Positions 39,380-52,884 of a stretch of DNA of 64,000 nucleotides are shown here, piece after piece (the first letter of the stretch is position 1; each line of letters begins with the position of its first letter). A model generated the notes under the pieces. The model was given only the letters and a program-made list of their open reading frames with translations, did no database searches and was not told where the DNA came from. The translations under genes were made by a program, and so were the position numbers. Source of the DNA: Vicugna vicugna (lineage: Eukaryota). The DNA is taken from contig MU058793.1 of the NCBI GenBank assembly GCA_013265495.1, positions 188,001 to 252,000 of the forward strand, written 5' to 3'.

Positions 39380-39830
39380 AATTTGAAACCCTCCAATGGC
39401 TTCCCATTTACCCTAAGATAAGAATGGAAATATTGGCCTTTCCAGGTCTGGGCCCTGCCTGCCACTCTGGTCTCATCACGTACCCCACTGCTTTGCTCAC
39501 TGTCTGGCAGCTCCACTGGCCTCCTTTCAGTTTCTTGAATGCTCCCTGTCACCACAGGGCCTTTACATACGCTGTCCTACTTCCTGAAACACTCCTTCCC
39601 CCATCCCATCCTACACTCCTTCCCTCACCTCATCTTTCATAGTTAATTCCACCTCTTTGAGAAATTTAATTCAATCATTAATTCCTCAGAGAAACTCTTT
39701 CCTGGCCTCCGAAACTGAATCACTTTGCTCTAGTATATAATATTGGGTAGGATAATTTATTGAAAATTTTTGTTACCTATACCTATGTGATTTTTCTGTC
39801 TTCCTCACATTTCAAGCTTGCAGTTTGGCC
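39380..39830 (+). mobile_element. L2 fragment
   Basis: aaaccctccaatggcttcccatt…ctccactggcctcctttcagtttcttgaatgc…cacagggcctttacatacgctgt. Confidence 0.82.
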
Positions 39831-40389
39831 TTTCTGTTCTTCCTTGCATTACCAAGTTTTGCAGAGCAGAGAGCAAAAGTATCCTGTTTTTGCCAGCAGT
39901 TTAAGCCCACTGAAGAGATAGTGGTAGACCTTCAGAGAGGAGACAGAAATAGAGAGCAAGAGAGAATGAGAGATCCTATAAGCAGTAGAGACCTTCTCCT
40001 TGCTCCCAAACAGCCGCCTCCCCCTCCCCCCAAGAGATGGCAAGACTTCCAAAGGATGGCTGCATAGTGTTTCTAGAGAACTTCTTATGAGTCCAATAGC
40101 AGCATGACTCTGACCTTCAAGGACACTTCTGCATTGGACAAAAAAGATAACAGCAATGACCGTGAAAGCCATGAAAGCTTGGAACCTGGAGGCCCTTACT
40201 GCACTGTCCAGGTGCCACCAGAGTTCCCTGGGTCTGGAGTGAACAGGAGGAGGCAGTCCCAAGGCAGACAGAGATGGATCTTCCCACCTACCCAGATGGG
40301 AGACAACTATGACAATTTTTTAAAAAAAGAATGTGATACTTGTTGAACATCTGAGTTTAGGGACTATTCATATCTGCTGCACTCTCACC

Positions 40390-40578
40390 TTCCTGCTCAA
40401 ATATTTCACTTATCTGTATTTTTCAAATTTTCAAAATTTCAAGTGCATGATTTTTTCACTGATGTCTTTTTCTTCCTCTCCTCCTAAGCTCCACAAAAAC
40501 AAGGACTATGGCTGTGTTTGCTCACTAGCCTACCCTCAGGATCTAGCACAGCGCTTACACACAATAGGTATTGATACA
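40390..40578 (+). mobile_element. L2 3' end (its tail continues at about 44561-44592, after the L1)
   Basis: taagctccacaaaaacaaggact…tttgctcact…tctagcacagcgcttacacacaataggtattgatac. Confidence 0.7.
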
Positions 40579-40589
40579 CTCCCTTCTTA

Positions 40590-43500
40590 GATTTAGGTAC
40601 ACACAGTAAAATGCACAGATCCTCAATGTACCTTCCAATAAATTTTGACAAATATATATACTTATTTAAGTATCACTTAAATCAAGGTATAGAACATTAC
40701 CATCATCCCAGAAAGTTCTTTTTTGTCTCTTACCAGTTTTACCCCTCTTTCCACCAGAGGTGACCACTGTTCCGATTTCTATCCTCATAGACTGGTTCTG
40801 CCTGTCCTTTAATTTGATGTAAACTGAAACATACTGTGTGAACTATCTTGTATCCTGACTTATTGACTCATCATAATGTTTTTGACATTTACCCATGTGT
40901 TGTATGAATGTGTAATTTATTCATTTTTTGGTGCACACTATTCTGTTGCATGGATTTACCACAATTTGTTTATCCATTTTCTTGTTGATGGACAAAAAAA
41001 AATGGAAACATGTTATTTTGGATATTTTACTATCATGAATAAAGCTGTAATGAACATTCTTGCACAAGTCATTTTGTAGAAATATGCTTCCATTTCTCTT
41101 GAGTAAATAGATAGAAGTTGAATGGCAGGACCATAGAGCAGATATACATTAAAATAAGAAACTGCCAGTTTTCCAAAGTGGTTGTATAATTTTATATCTC
41201 CACCACATGCACAATCCAGTTGCTCTGCATCCTTTCCAGCATCAGATATTGCTAGTCTTTTCAAACTTTATAGATTTTGGTAAATACATAATAGTTTCTT
41301 ATTGTGATTTTAATTTGCATTTCCCAGCAGGCTTACAATGTTGACCATATTTTCATAAATTTAGTGGTTCTTCATAGAGCCTCTTTTGTGAAATTTTTAA
41401 GCCCTTTGATCATTTTTTATTGGGTTGTTTCTTTTTTGGTGTTATTTATTTGTAGGAGTTCTTTATATATTCCAGATAAAAGTTCTTGTGGATACATATG
41501 GAGTAGAAAATATTGTAAATGTTTTCCCCATTGACTACTGAGAAACAGATATTAATTTTGATGAAGTCAAGTTTATTATCTTTTTCTTTTATGATTTTTA
41601 CATTTTGCATTTTATCTAAAAAAGCTTTGCCTATGCTCAGGTCACAAAGATATGCATCTATTTTTTTGTCTAAGAGCCTTATAGTTTCAGCTTTTACATT
41701 TTGAGTTGAAATCTATTTCCAGTTTTGTGTATAGTTTGAGGTATGAGTTGCTGCTCAGTTTTCTTCTTATATAGACATCCAGTTATCCGGTATCATTTGT
41801 TTAAAAAACTTCCCTTCTCTGAGTGAACTGCATTGGTGTTTTCTTGAAAAATCAATTGACTGTATATGTGTGGATCTGTTTCTGGACTTTCTTTTTTGTT
41901 CCATTGATCTATTTGTCTATCCTCACACTAGTGTTACACTGTCTTGATTTCTGTAGCTTTATAGTAAATCTTAAAATCAGGTAGGATAAGTCTTCCAACT
42001 TTGTTCTTCTTTTTCAATATTGTTTTGGCTATTTTAGGTTCTTTATATTTCTATATAAATTTTATTAGCAGCTTATTTATTTCTACAAAAAAAAAAGCCT
42101 GATGAAATTTTGATTGGAATTACATTAAATTTACAGATCAGTTTGGGTGAAATCTGACTTCTTTATAATATTGAGTATTCCAACTCCATAAGCATGGTAA
42201 AACCATATTTATTTAGGTCCTTACTTTTTCCACAACAACATTTTATACATTTCAGTGTAGAAGTCTTTTATATATTTTGTTAAATTCATTTCTAGATATT
42301 GGTTGGTTTTAAGTTGTTACGAATTATATATTTAAAATTCTATTTTCCAATTGATTTTAGTACATTAACTCTTTACTGAGACCTTGCTGAATTCACATAT
42401 CAAATCTACTATTTTTTAAGATTTTTTTATATGTAATCATCTTATTGTGATAGTTTTACTTCATTATTATCAATGTTTTATTGCACTTAACTCCAGTAAA
42501 ATGTTGAGGAGAAATGGTTTAGAGTAGAAATATTTGCCTGTTCTCAATCACAGGATGAATGTTTTCAGTATTTTACCATTAAGAATTATGTTAACAAATG
42601 ACATTAATGTTCTCAGTATTTCACCATTTAAGAATGATGACATATTTTTCAGAGATGCCCTATATTAGGTTAAGGAAATTCTTTTCTATTCTTAATTTGC
42701 TTAGAGGTTCTTCTTCCTTTTTTTTGTAGTTATAAAAGTGTGTTGGATTTTGCCAAATGCTTTTCCTCCAACTCTTGAGATTATCATGAGATTTTTCTCT
42801 TTTACTCTATAAACATGGTGAATTACACTCGTTTTTGAATGTTAAAAAACCATACATGCCTAGATTAAGTCCACTTGGTTGTGATGTATTATACTTTTTA
42901 TATATTGCTTTACTAATTGCTAATATTGTATTAAGGATTTTTTAAACTATTCAATGAGTGATTATGACCTGCAGTTTTCTTTTCTTGCAATATCCTTGTT
43001 AAGTTTTGTTATGCTGACTTTATAAAATGAGTCAGAAAAATCCCTCTTCCTCTATTTTTTAAATGAGTTTCTGTAAGATTAGAATTATTTTTTCCTTAAA
43101 AATTTAATAGACTTCACCAATGAAGTTGTTGGACACAAATTCTCTTTGTAAAAAGAATTTTAATATGAGTTCAATTTTTTATGAATATTTAGAGCTATTC
43201 AGGTCATCTATCTGTTCTTTAATCGGATAAACTGCATTTTTAAAGAATGTTGTAAAGTTTGGTGGCATAAAGGAGCTATTGTGATACCGTTTAATTCTTA
43301 ACATTGATTTTGTGTTTTCTCTCTTCCTTCTTGATCAGTCTTGTTAGCAATTTGTCAACTTTGTTAATATTTGTTTAGCAGTCAACTTTTGTACTTGACA
43401 TACATCTATTGTTTTCCATTTTTATGTTTACTATTTCCTTCCTTCAGCCTTAGTTGCTCTATTTTTCCTAGCTTTTTAAGGTAAAAGCTTATATAATTTA

Positions 43501-44560
43501 TTTTAGATCTGCCTTCTTTGCTAGCATAAGCATTTAAAAATATGATTTTGTGTTAGCACCACTTTATATGTACCCTGCAAATTTTTGATATCTGTTTTTA
43601 TTATCATTGTAGTTCAAACTATTTTCTGATTTCCTTTATGACTTCTTCCTTGAATCATGGGTTATTTAGTACTGTTTTTAAATACTTGGAGAATTAGTAG
43701 ATACTTGTTATTACTGATTTCTAATTTAATTTTATCATGGCCAAAGAACCTATTTTGTATTATTTTGATTTTTGAAATTTTGGAGGATTTGTTTTATGGT
43801 CCAGAATCTATCTTGCTTAGCCTTTTATGTAGCCTTAATAAGAACGTGTATTCTGCATCTAGTGATTGTAAGAATTTTGTACGTCTATTAAGTCATGTTG
43901 GTTGATAGTGCTGTTTGAATCATCTATATCATTTTTTTATTTTTTTGTCTCCTTTTCTGTTAGTTACTGAGAAAGAAGTGTTGAGGACACCAACTCTGAT
44001 TGTGGATTGATCTACTTCTCCCTTTAGTTCTGTCAATGTTTGTTGCATGTAGTTTGATGCACTATTAGACACACATACATTTAGGATTGTTATCTCTTGC
44101 TCATGAATTGGCCCTATTCTTATGAAATATCTCCCTCTTATGTCTGGTAATATTTCCTGTTTTAAAATCTTTGATTAACAGAGGCATACCATTTTCTAAT
44201 GAGTAGTGTTTGCATGGTATATCTTTTTCCTCTTTTGACTTTTAATCTACCTGCAATTTTATATTTAAGGTGCATCATTTTTAGGTTGCAGTTAGTGGTT
44301 ATCCATTCTGATAATTCTGGCTTTGTAACTGAACTATTTTTTCCCCTTTAAATGTAAATAGCTGTTGATAAAGATTGGGTTTAAATATAGTATTTTGGAG
44401 GGTTTTTCCCCCCATTTTTCTTCTACTATTCTCTGATCCTTGATCCTCCTTTCCTGCCTTCTTTTGTATTCATTGAGTACTTTTTAGAATTTCATTTTTT
44501 CTTCTTTATATATTTTTAATCTATGTGCGTGCATTTTCTATGGCTGCTCAAGAGCATTAC
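40590..44560 (-). mobile_element. ~4 kb old L1 (L1ME/MB-like): 3'UTR plus decayed ORF2
   Basis: T-rich plus strand with classic reverse-L1 motifs: cacacagtaaaatgcacagatc, aactgccagttttccaaagtggttgta, ttttaatttgcatttccc, ttgattggaattacattaaatttacagatc, attgtggatt. Confidence 0.92.
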
Positions 44561-46298
44561 AATACATATTTATTAAATGAGTAAGTGACTGGTGCAACAT
44601 GTATCCACCCGCAATTCACCCTACTAATCCTTCATCAAGCCCCAGTGGAGAACATCATGGGTCCTAACACAGCCAAAACTGATAACATGCCAATAGAGGC
44701 AAATTTTTTTCTTAATTTCAGGTTCACATTGTGATATTAAAGAACTCTGGTCTCAACTCTAACACAATTGCTTATTGGTCTAGTTGGAATTTTACCCCTT
44801 CCTTAATTCAATTACCTTTCCATCTATTAAATACACATTTCCTCCTCTGGCTATCTGTCAGAATTACCTTTGAAGATTTTTAAAAACTACGGATGCCTAG
44901 ATCCTATCCAAGACCCACTAAATCAAGATCTTCAGAAAGTTTTCAATACACAGATAAAGTTGAGAACCACTACATTTCTGAATGTCCATTAAATTCTGGA
45001 CACTGGTTACAAGCACTAAGGCTTTAATGCCTCCCACCTACCTGCCACAGAGCAGGTTCCTAACAGCAATGTATACAAGTTACTTCTCTCTTCTCCTGAT
45101 TATGTACAAGGCCAGAGGGGAGGAAAAAAACAAACAGAAACTAAAGAGGCTCTTTAGGTTTCTAACAGATATTGTTTTCCTTCTCTTTTTTCTTTTTTGG
45201 ATATGGGCCCCCTTGAGGCACACTGTAACTCAAAATAATCCCATGGGAGAAGGGAGATGTGTTGGAACTGCAATGGTAGAATCTAATGGCAGCAGAAGAA
45301 AAATTTGCAAAACAAAAACAAAAGAAAAGAAAAAAGAAAGAAAATAGCTTTATCAATAATGTACTAAAAAAGATTTCTTTAAAATACCATTACCTCTTCA
45401 CATTTTGTTCTCTGTGTACTCTATGGACACAGCAGATTTTGAATGGCCTGTGCATTCTTGGAATGCCAATGATTTCTAAGCCAGTGGCCCCCATCTCTAC
45501 TCAGTGTGTGCTCTGTTTGGTCTATCATGACCAGCTAGCAGAAGCTAGTGGATACTCGCTGCCTCAAGTAGTCTTGGTGCCCTACAAAACCAGGAAGCAA
45601 ATTTGCGACCATAATCATACATTTCAGTTCAGTGAATTCCTTCATCTTTTCTATGGGGCAGAGCACGACTTGGGGTTTACAGTACACCCCGAAAGCTTGG
45701 TTTGATGGTACCTTTCAAAGGTCCAGCAAGGAGAATGGAAGCCTGTTGTTCTGGTGGGAAAACCCGAAATATGTTTCCACACGTTCTTACTTCCCTGGAA
45801 GTTGTTCAGTCCAAGAAAAAGAAAGAAAAACAAACCTACAGCAAGGAGTGTCTCATGGAATAACTAGTATAATACTAGAGAAATATATTAGTGCCTTTAA
45901 TGATAGCTGAGACACCTGCTCTTTTCCAAATTACTAGGGTTATGTGTGCTGTACAGCAAGTATTCATGGTGTGCAATTTTATCTTGCTTTTGTTTTTACT
46001 CCATCTTTGGGTACACAAGAATTATGCAACTGTATTTTGCATGCCTGCCTAGAAAATCAGGTAATGCTATCATTCATGAAAACAGGCACCAGGTAGAAGA
46101 GCCCAGCTGCCAGAATTCGAAATGTCCACTAACACCTCCATCACCCTGGGGTCCTGAATGCCACCCAGAAGGAAGTGGGGGCTTCAGGCACAGGTCAGAG
46201 ACCTGTGCATTGAACTGGCGATGCCTCGTTCTGTAAGCTGTTCACACTAGCTTACAGAAATGTCTGTTGGGAATGGAGAAAGCAAGCTTCTCCCAAAC

Positions 46299-46753
46299 CA
46301 GGGGCTTCAAACTGAAGGTGTGCAAGCTGGATATAACCCCATCAGGGCTTCTGCAGCCCTACATGCACCTGTGTATGCATTAGAAAAAGGCATCCCTTCA
46401 TCTGTGTAGACCTACTCAAGGACCCTCAGCTAAAACAGAACCTACCCAATTGTACATGGTGGCCCTGGTGGCCACACATGCTTTGTCTCTCTTTAAAACT
46501 CTTTTTAAAATGTCAGAATATTTTACAGAAAAAAACCCACAAATTTACATTTTCTCTTGAAAAATTGGAATTGTGGCACCATGAATTCACATACGCACGT
46601 GGCAGCTGTCTGTGAAAATAAACAGCAGCTGCCCACTTGAGATGGGCCACAGGCTCTCCAGTTCACTCCATTCCCTTTTGTCTTTCACTTGGCTCCCTTA
46701 ACTCCCTAATTTAACCTGTCAGGCACTGAAGGCATTAGAGTCTGCAACCACTC
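46299..46753 (-). mobile_element. MER102-like hAT DNA transposon
   Basis: tttctcttgaaaaattgg…gcagctgcccacttgagatggg…ctctccagttc…aacctgtcaggcactgaaggcattagagtctgcaacc is the reverse MER102 pattern. A second fragment lies at about 47065-47135. Confidence 0.7.
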
Positions 46754-47136
46754 AAGGACTTCAGAGCCTTGTTGAACACACAGTGCCAGGGTTAGGTTTC
46801 CTTCTTACCTCCCTGAAACAGTGAAAACAGATTCCATTGGGGTCACCACTGCTCTTACAGAGAGGTTAAAATGGAGGGGTGTGGAGTAAGCTGGCCCTGA
46901 GTTTAACGACCTCCTCTGCCACGTTCTGCCTTTATGACCTCCACCTGAAATCTGATTCCCAATCTCTTCTGCCTTTCCTTTAAGGTTCAGCCTGAAAGGC
47001 ACTTCCTCCAAGAGGCTCTCTCAGACTGCCTCAATCTGAACCTTTAAGTTTGCACCCTAAAGACTGAGCCCACAACCCACATGTCAGCAGTCAGTGAGGA
47101 TGACTAGCAGCTGCCCATGTGAGATGAGCCATGTGA

Positions 47137-47291
47137 TCTAGAAAGCTTCAGGGTGTCTATGCACCTGGCTGAAATGGAATGTAAAATACTGTGTATATGT
47201 GACTTCAAGCATTTTGGGAAGAAGATAGCAGATAGCTTTCATCAGATCTCCAAATGGATTTGTGAACACAAATAGCTTTAAGAACCACTAT
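47137..47291 (+). mobile_element. MER117-like hAT DNA transposon fragment
   Basis: gatagctttcatcagatctccaaatggatttgtgaacacaaatagctttaagaaccact. Confidence 0.65.
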
Positions 47292-47382
47292 TCATGGCAT
47301 TTATCTACACTACTAATTTTCCCCATAGGATGTGAAGTTTACTTTTGAATATCTTATCATTCTTAATTATTATGTTTATTTA

Positions 47383-47770
47383 TGTATCAGGTAAGATCAT
47401 AGTCATGCTGCAGTAACAAACAACTCCAAAATCTCAGGCTTAAGATAATAAATGTTTACTTCTCATGCAAAATCCACTCTGCTCCTAGATGATTCTCCCA
47501 AGCTGCTGCCTTCCATGTAATGACTCAGCTCATACTTTTATAGCAACTATGCTTCCACAATTACCAAGACAGGAGAAGAGAGAGATGGAGAATCTCACAC
47601 CAAGCAATCAAATCCTTCTTCCTGAAAGCAAGACATGTCACCTTCTCTTACATTTCACTGGGCAAAACAAGTAACATGTTCTAACTTAACCTGGTGAGGG
47701 CAAGAAAGTCCTAACCACCATATGCCCAAAAGAAGAGAACTGAAAATATTAGCAGACAGCATGAATGCAC
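47383..47770 (-). mobile_element. MaLR LTR (MLT1J/K-like)
   Basis: tgtatcagg…atgctgcagtaacaaacaactccaaaatctcagggcttaa…acatttcactgggcaaaacaagtaacatg. Confidence 0.72.
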
Positions 47771-47904
47771 CTGCTTCCCAGCATTGTCTGAAAGAGTAGT
47801 GTGTTGACCTAAGTAACTGTGGAAAATGGTATTTTGCTGTTTCTTACAGTCTAGCTTACAGTTGGCTGGAAACTGTAAGGCTAAAGAAAAGAACTGTATC
47901 TAAT

Positions 47905-48316
47905 CATTGCACTCTAATTAGTAGTTTCTCTTCCTCAGGGATACAGGCTAGTAATTCTGAAGCTATATGTATACTAGAATTGAGCAAAATGTAAATAAAT
48001 GGAAGGTAATGGGAGCCAGGTTCCCTACTGTCAGAGAAAGAAATTTGCAAATAAGGGAAGAAAGCCAGAATTAAATCTGTGGTGGATGCTGGATTGGAAA
48101 CAAAGTTATAAATGCATGTAAATTTATATACAGGAAGATAGATACAGAAATATAGATATATGTGTACACATTGGTTAGTAAACATACATATATTTCCCAG
48201 CTCTGTCCACTGAGAGGGCCCAGAAGCAGTGACACATCCCTGGACAATGAGCATACCCACTGACCAGATCTTGATTTCAAAATACCATTCTTCATTAGAA
48301 GGAATCAGGGTTCCCA
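47905..48316 (+). mobile_element. L1MD-like 3'UTR fragment
   Basis: gtatactagaattgagcaaa…tgggagccaggttccctactgtcagagaaag…tttcccagctctgtccactgagagggcccagaagcagtgacac. Confidence 0.8.
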
Positions 48317-48634
48317 TCTCTTCCCATAGGATTACTGTGAGTAAATGTGGTTAAGTCGAGATCTTAGAATAGGGCCTGGTGCAGAGTGTTCAGTACATAA
48401 TGGATATTATTATATTTGTTTATCCTTTCCAGCTTCTTGCACAGAGAAGATTCTGAACACATTTCTTGGTCCTGATGGCATGATTATTACTGCTTCTTAA
48501 GACAATCATTTCAGAGGTTAAGCTCCCAATGCAGGATTTCTGTGTCATCTCATCCCTTATTGAGTGAACAGGAGTATTTATTCTGGCATCTAAATGTGAG
48601 GATCAGCCTTTAGAACACAGGAAAATCATGACTG

Positions 48635-48840
48635 TAGGGTGGTTAGAAGCACTAGCTCTGGTGTTCAGATCCCAACTCAACCTCTAGTAGCTGAGTGGTC
48701 AACATGTTTTATCACTTTAAGTTTCCTCATCTATGAAATGGATATGATGCCAAAATACATATATCTCAGTGATAATTCAATAATTAACCTCCTGCAAACT
48801 ATCTGGCACATAGCAAATAATAAATATGTTGTTATAATTA
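48635..48840 (+). mobile_element. MIR SINE
   Basis: gggtggttagaagcactagctctgg…agtttcctcatctatgaaatgg…tctggcacatagcaa. Confidence 0.72.
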
Positions 48841-50165
48841 TACAAAATAATAGAAAGAGGAATCTAGCTGTTGGTATGGACATATTCCCCATGATGTACA
48901 TGTAAACACCTTCTCTCATCCTGGCCGAAAGGTTTTCTGGGGGTCTGTATAGGCTCTGGAGGTGAAGGAAGAGACAATGTTTCCTTCTTTCTCAACCCTG
49001 CTGTCTGGGAAGAGGGTGGGGGCCTGAGGCCTGAGGTCCCAACCTTGGCATCTGGGCCCACTGCCTCTCAGAAACAGCTGCTCCTCTATTCTTTGCCAGT
49101 CACAGGCCACAAGGGTTAGGGGAGGTGGATTTGAGCAGATGACCCCTGGGACCCACAGGTCAAACACAGACTGGAAAGGGGAGGGCCCCAAGGAGTAGCA
49201 GCTGCTGTTTGCTGGGCTGGGTCTCATGGGGATTATTTGTTTAAGTTTCAGTGAAATGATTTTAATTTAGTGGATCTATGTTTTATGTTTAGTTTCGCAA
49301 AAAAAGATTTTCAATCGAGTCTCAGATCTCCCTAGAGGTTGTTGATAGTAATTTAAGTACTCAATTATTTGGCCTGATATGAGAACAATTGTTAGGGGTC
49401 ACAGGCTTGACCAGGGGATCCCTATGTCAACCACCAAGACACTTCGCTCTGCTTGGTTATCATTTTATTTCATTCTTCGAAACAAATGACATAGTTAGAT
49501 GTGATTTGAAATCCTAAACTGCCAAAGAATTGTCTCCTACTCATCTCCATCCTCTAGTTCATTCCTTAAAGGTAATGACTTTACCAGCTTTTCAGATTTG
49601 CTTTTTGGATCCTTCCAAAGACTTTTATTTATTTATTTATTTTTGCCCAAGCAGGCAAATACATGAATACACATACTTGTTTTTTGTTTTGTTTTCTGTA
49701 TTTCTTTTTAACAGGAAATATTTCTCAGATCCCCATGACAGCTGCTATATGTTTGTTTCCATATGCTAAAACACTGAGTTCAGTGACATTTTAAATGAAC
49801 TAGTGTTTTATTAATAACATCTGCCTCCACTTGGAAAACAGTTCTTACAGGTATTTATATTTAAGAACACCTATATTACATTGTATCGCACAGCAGCTAA
49901 AAGGAATGAAGCAAAACTATCTGTATTAGTACTAAAAGATCTATTTAAAAATGTTTTAGAATAACTATATTTATCCTTTGATAACATTTATATAAAAACT
50001 ATCCCCCAAATACTCCAAATTCACTGAGTGCTCACATAAAAGCACACAGCATTCTCCAGGGAGTTACATGCCAAACCAAGAACAATAGGGAAGGGAACAA
50101 AATGGATGAGAGTCAGGGGTGGGTGGTTAAAGGGCTCATTAGCAGAGTACACACTACACTAGGAT

Positions 50166-50184
50166 AGACCATTAGGTGGCACTT
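50166..50184 (+). promoter_or_regulatory. CTCF-like motif
   Basis: agaccattaggtggcactt, compared with the CTCF core CCACTAGGTGGCGC. Confidence 0.4.
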
Positions 50185-50262
50185 CTTGCTTCATGGCTGG
50201 CATCAACCTGACTGGTCAGTGCCCGAACCGAACTGCTGCCTGGTATTTTGAATCTCACCTGG
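50185..50262 (-). mobile_element. MER53-like hAT fragment
   Basis: catggctggcatcaacctgactggtcagtgcccg…tattttgaatctcacc matches the reverse MER53 pattern. Confidence 0.55.
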
Positions 50263-50705
50263 TCATCAGCCTTATCTTTACTGTTCAAATATTTTTAGCA
50301 AATGAATTTTTCTTTTGAAATTAAAAATTTATATATAAGAAAAGACTCTATGTGCAAGGCTTACATACTTTATCCACAGAAAGAGCTTAGTGGGTATGGC
50401 TGTGTAGCTCACAGCCTATGAGCCACTGATTTATACTCCACAGGTTTTCCAAAAGCTAAAGGATGCTTCCTCAACACTTCCAGCTGGACTCAAAATGTAC
50501 CAGAAACTCCACCTCCAGCCTGGGAATGGCCTCTCAGTGCAGGGAGGTGGATTAAATATTGTTCAAATCCCAAATGCAATCTTCCATCTCAGCCTGGGCC
50601 ACTTGGACACTGAGAAATAGGGGAGGAGGGTCCCTCTAGGGTCTTTCCCACCTAACAGGCTACAAAGGCACAGACTGCTCATCAGAAATCATCTCTGACA
50701 ACTTT

Positions 50706-50895
50706 TAAGGGTCAGCAAACTTTTCCATAAAAGGTCAAATAAGTATTTTTGGCTTTGTAGGCCAGATGGTCCCTATGGAAATCACTCAGCTCTGTCATTG
50801 AAGTGCAATATGGAAAAGAATGGATGTGGCTGTGTTCCAATAGAACATTCTTTAGAAAAACAGGACTGTGGCAGGCTATGGTTTCTAAACCACTG
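50706..50895 (+). mobile_element. MER58A hAT-Charlie MITE
   Basis: gggtcagcaaacttttccataaaaggtcaaat…ggctttgtaggcca…aatggatgtggctgtgttccaata…aaaaacagg. Confidence 0.88.
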
Positions 50896-52884
50896 AGGCT
50901 GACAACTAGTATCGCCAACACCTTGTCTCTCTCTAACTCATAACTGGCCAGAGATACCAAAAACCGAGCTATGGACTCTGATTCCTAGATGAGACCTTAT
51001 AGATTAGGAGGTCTGCACAGAGTAAAAGGTCCCAAAGCAATGTCACCCAGCTTTGCCCAATGACCCCAAAGATAAAGGACTCTCTTACGGTGTGTGATGT
51101 TCAACTTCCCAGACTTAATAAAATCCTAGTTCTCATTGGGCATAAGGTAACTCCAGACCCCCGACTGAGGAACTTCACAGGAACTGGATAGAGTTCAATT
51201 TTTGTTCTCCAATCTGTATTTCCCTCTCTCCGCATTGAACACTTGTCTCCTTAATTAAAGTAGACGTATAGAGAAGTGAAATGTAGGAGTCAATCACAAA
51301 GCCTACCTGGGTTAGGCAGACTTTCCCTGATAAGACCCTATCTATTGTAACACTCCCACGTCACACAAGAAATCTATCTTTATCTTAAGTAATAAGCATT
51401 ATGCCAGTCAGTCTTCCTGAGGCAGGTTGACACATCATTAAGCCAAGCATGAGGATTAAAAAAAAAAAAAGGTCCCATCAAACTATCACAGCTCCGAATT
51501 CTTTTATATGCAATAATACAATAAAGGCAACTCTCAAAATTACAGGATGTCCCACATTTAGCCTGACCAGATAGGGTTATTCCAGGTTTTCTCCAAAGAT
51601 GCCACACCAATTGGAATGCCGGTCTCAAAAATTGTACTGAGTAGCTCAAGGAACAGAGAAAACAAAGTAAGAAAATGTAACATTCATTTCCAAGCCTTCT
51701 TTGAAATTCTTGAAAGTTTTTTTTTTGTACCCAATTAGAGGTGAGTGGAAGTGGGGAAAGATCTAAAAATTGTGATTAGCATATTATTTTTCCCTCTTGC
51801 TCCCAATTAAAGAGGGGCTGCTTCTTTCACTAGAGATGCACAGTTATTAAATCATGATGTCTTTCTTTAAAAAACCAATTTATAGCAGAGGGCTCCATAC
51901 CGCTGCCACTTCTGCAAGGTTGCTTATAATTGCTCCATGCAATGCTTTGACTAATTAAATCACACAAGAGATTGTTTCTTAGTAACACACCTGGTCCACG
52001 CTTTGTTGTTGGCTTTCATTAAAGCACTGTGTCTCATGCTGCCTTGCAGCATGAAAGGATATTAATCAGGTAAATGGCCATTAAAAGTCATATCAATGTT
52101 TGCTGTGCAGTGATTATTTTCTTAAATCTTGAACAAAGGAGTTTTCTTTGAAATCTCAGGGCTGGCCTCCAACCACAGGAAAGAATAGCCACTCTGAAAC
52201 GTGTTTTTCAACCTTACCAAGAAGGGGAAAAAAAAGGAGTAAAATGCAAGGTGTGGCAAGAAGTTAAGATTATATTCTCTTTGTTCTAGTGGGCTATTTG
52301 GGGCAAAGAGGGCCAAGTTGAACAAACTGAAATCAGTGTACAGCAAGTGGGGACAACTGGCAAGACGTGCTCTCTAAAGGCCTCCCATTCCCTGGGAGAG
52401 AAAAGCTCCATTTTCAAGGCAATGCTGCTAATTAGGTTGCATTTCAGAGCTCTGCTTAGAAATAAATATGTCCTGGGAATCAAATGCTTCTTGCATACTA
52501 AACTGAAAAGGGAAAATGTTGCTAAACATTTCCTTCTGTCAACAAAGTTCCCTTTATGGTCTCTCTGATCAGGTTCTGTTTCTGGACCTGGAACGTGGTC
52601 ATGGCAGTTTGATTCTCCAGTTACTCTGCAGCTCAGCCCTGGAGCAGCCCCTCCGAATCAATATGCATTTATATAACCATGTCCACTTCCAGCAGAGCAA
52701 ACAGTGCACTCAGGACAGGAAGGAGGGTGCATACATACACACTGGGAAAAATGACTAGCTTACCAAAGGCACCTACCCTGGATCCTGCAACCTTTTCTTT
52801 GTTTCTGCCACAAATGCCTCTTTCTTTTTTTTCCTGGATAGAGCAAGTGGCCTTGTTAAAGCTGGGATAAAGCATTCTGCTTCA

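Noticed and set aside
39103..39555. 150-aa minus-strand ORF
   Set aside because: The N-terminal part is antisense L2 and the rest is unrecognisable.
40104..40346. 80-aa hydrophilic ORF between L2 fragments
   Set aside because: No homology I recognise and no convincing splice or promoter context.
47904..48317. 137-aa minus-strand ORF
   Set aside because: Entirely antisense to an L1MD-like 3'UTR.
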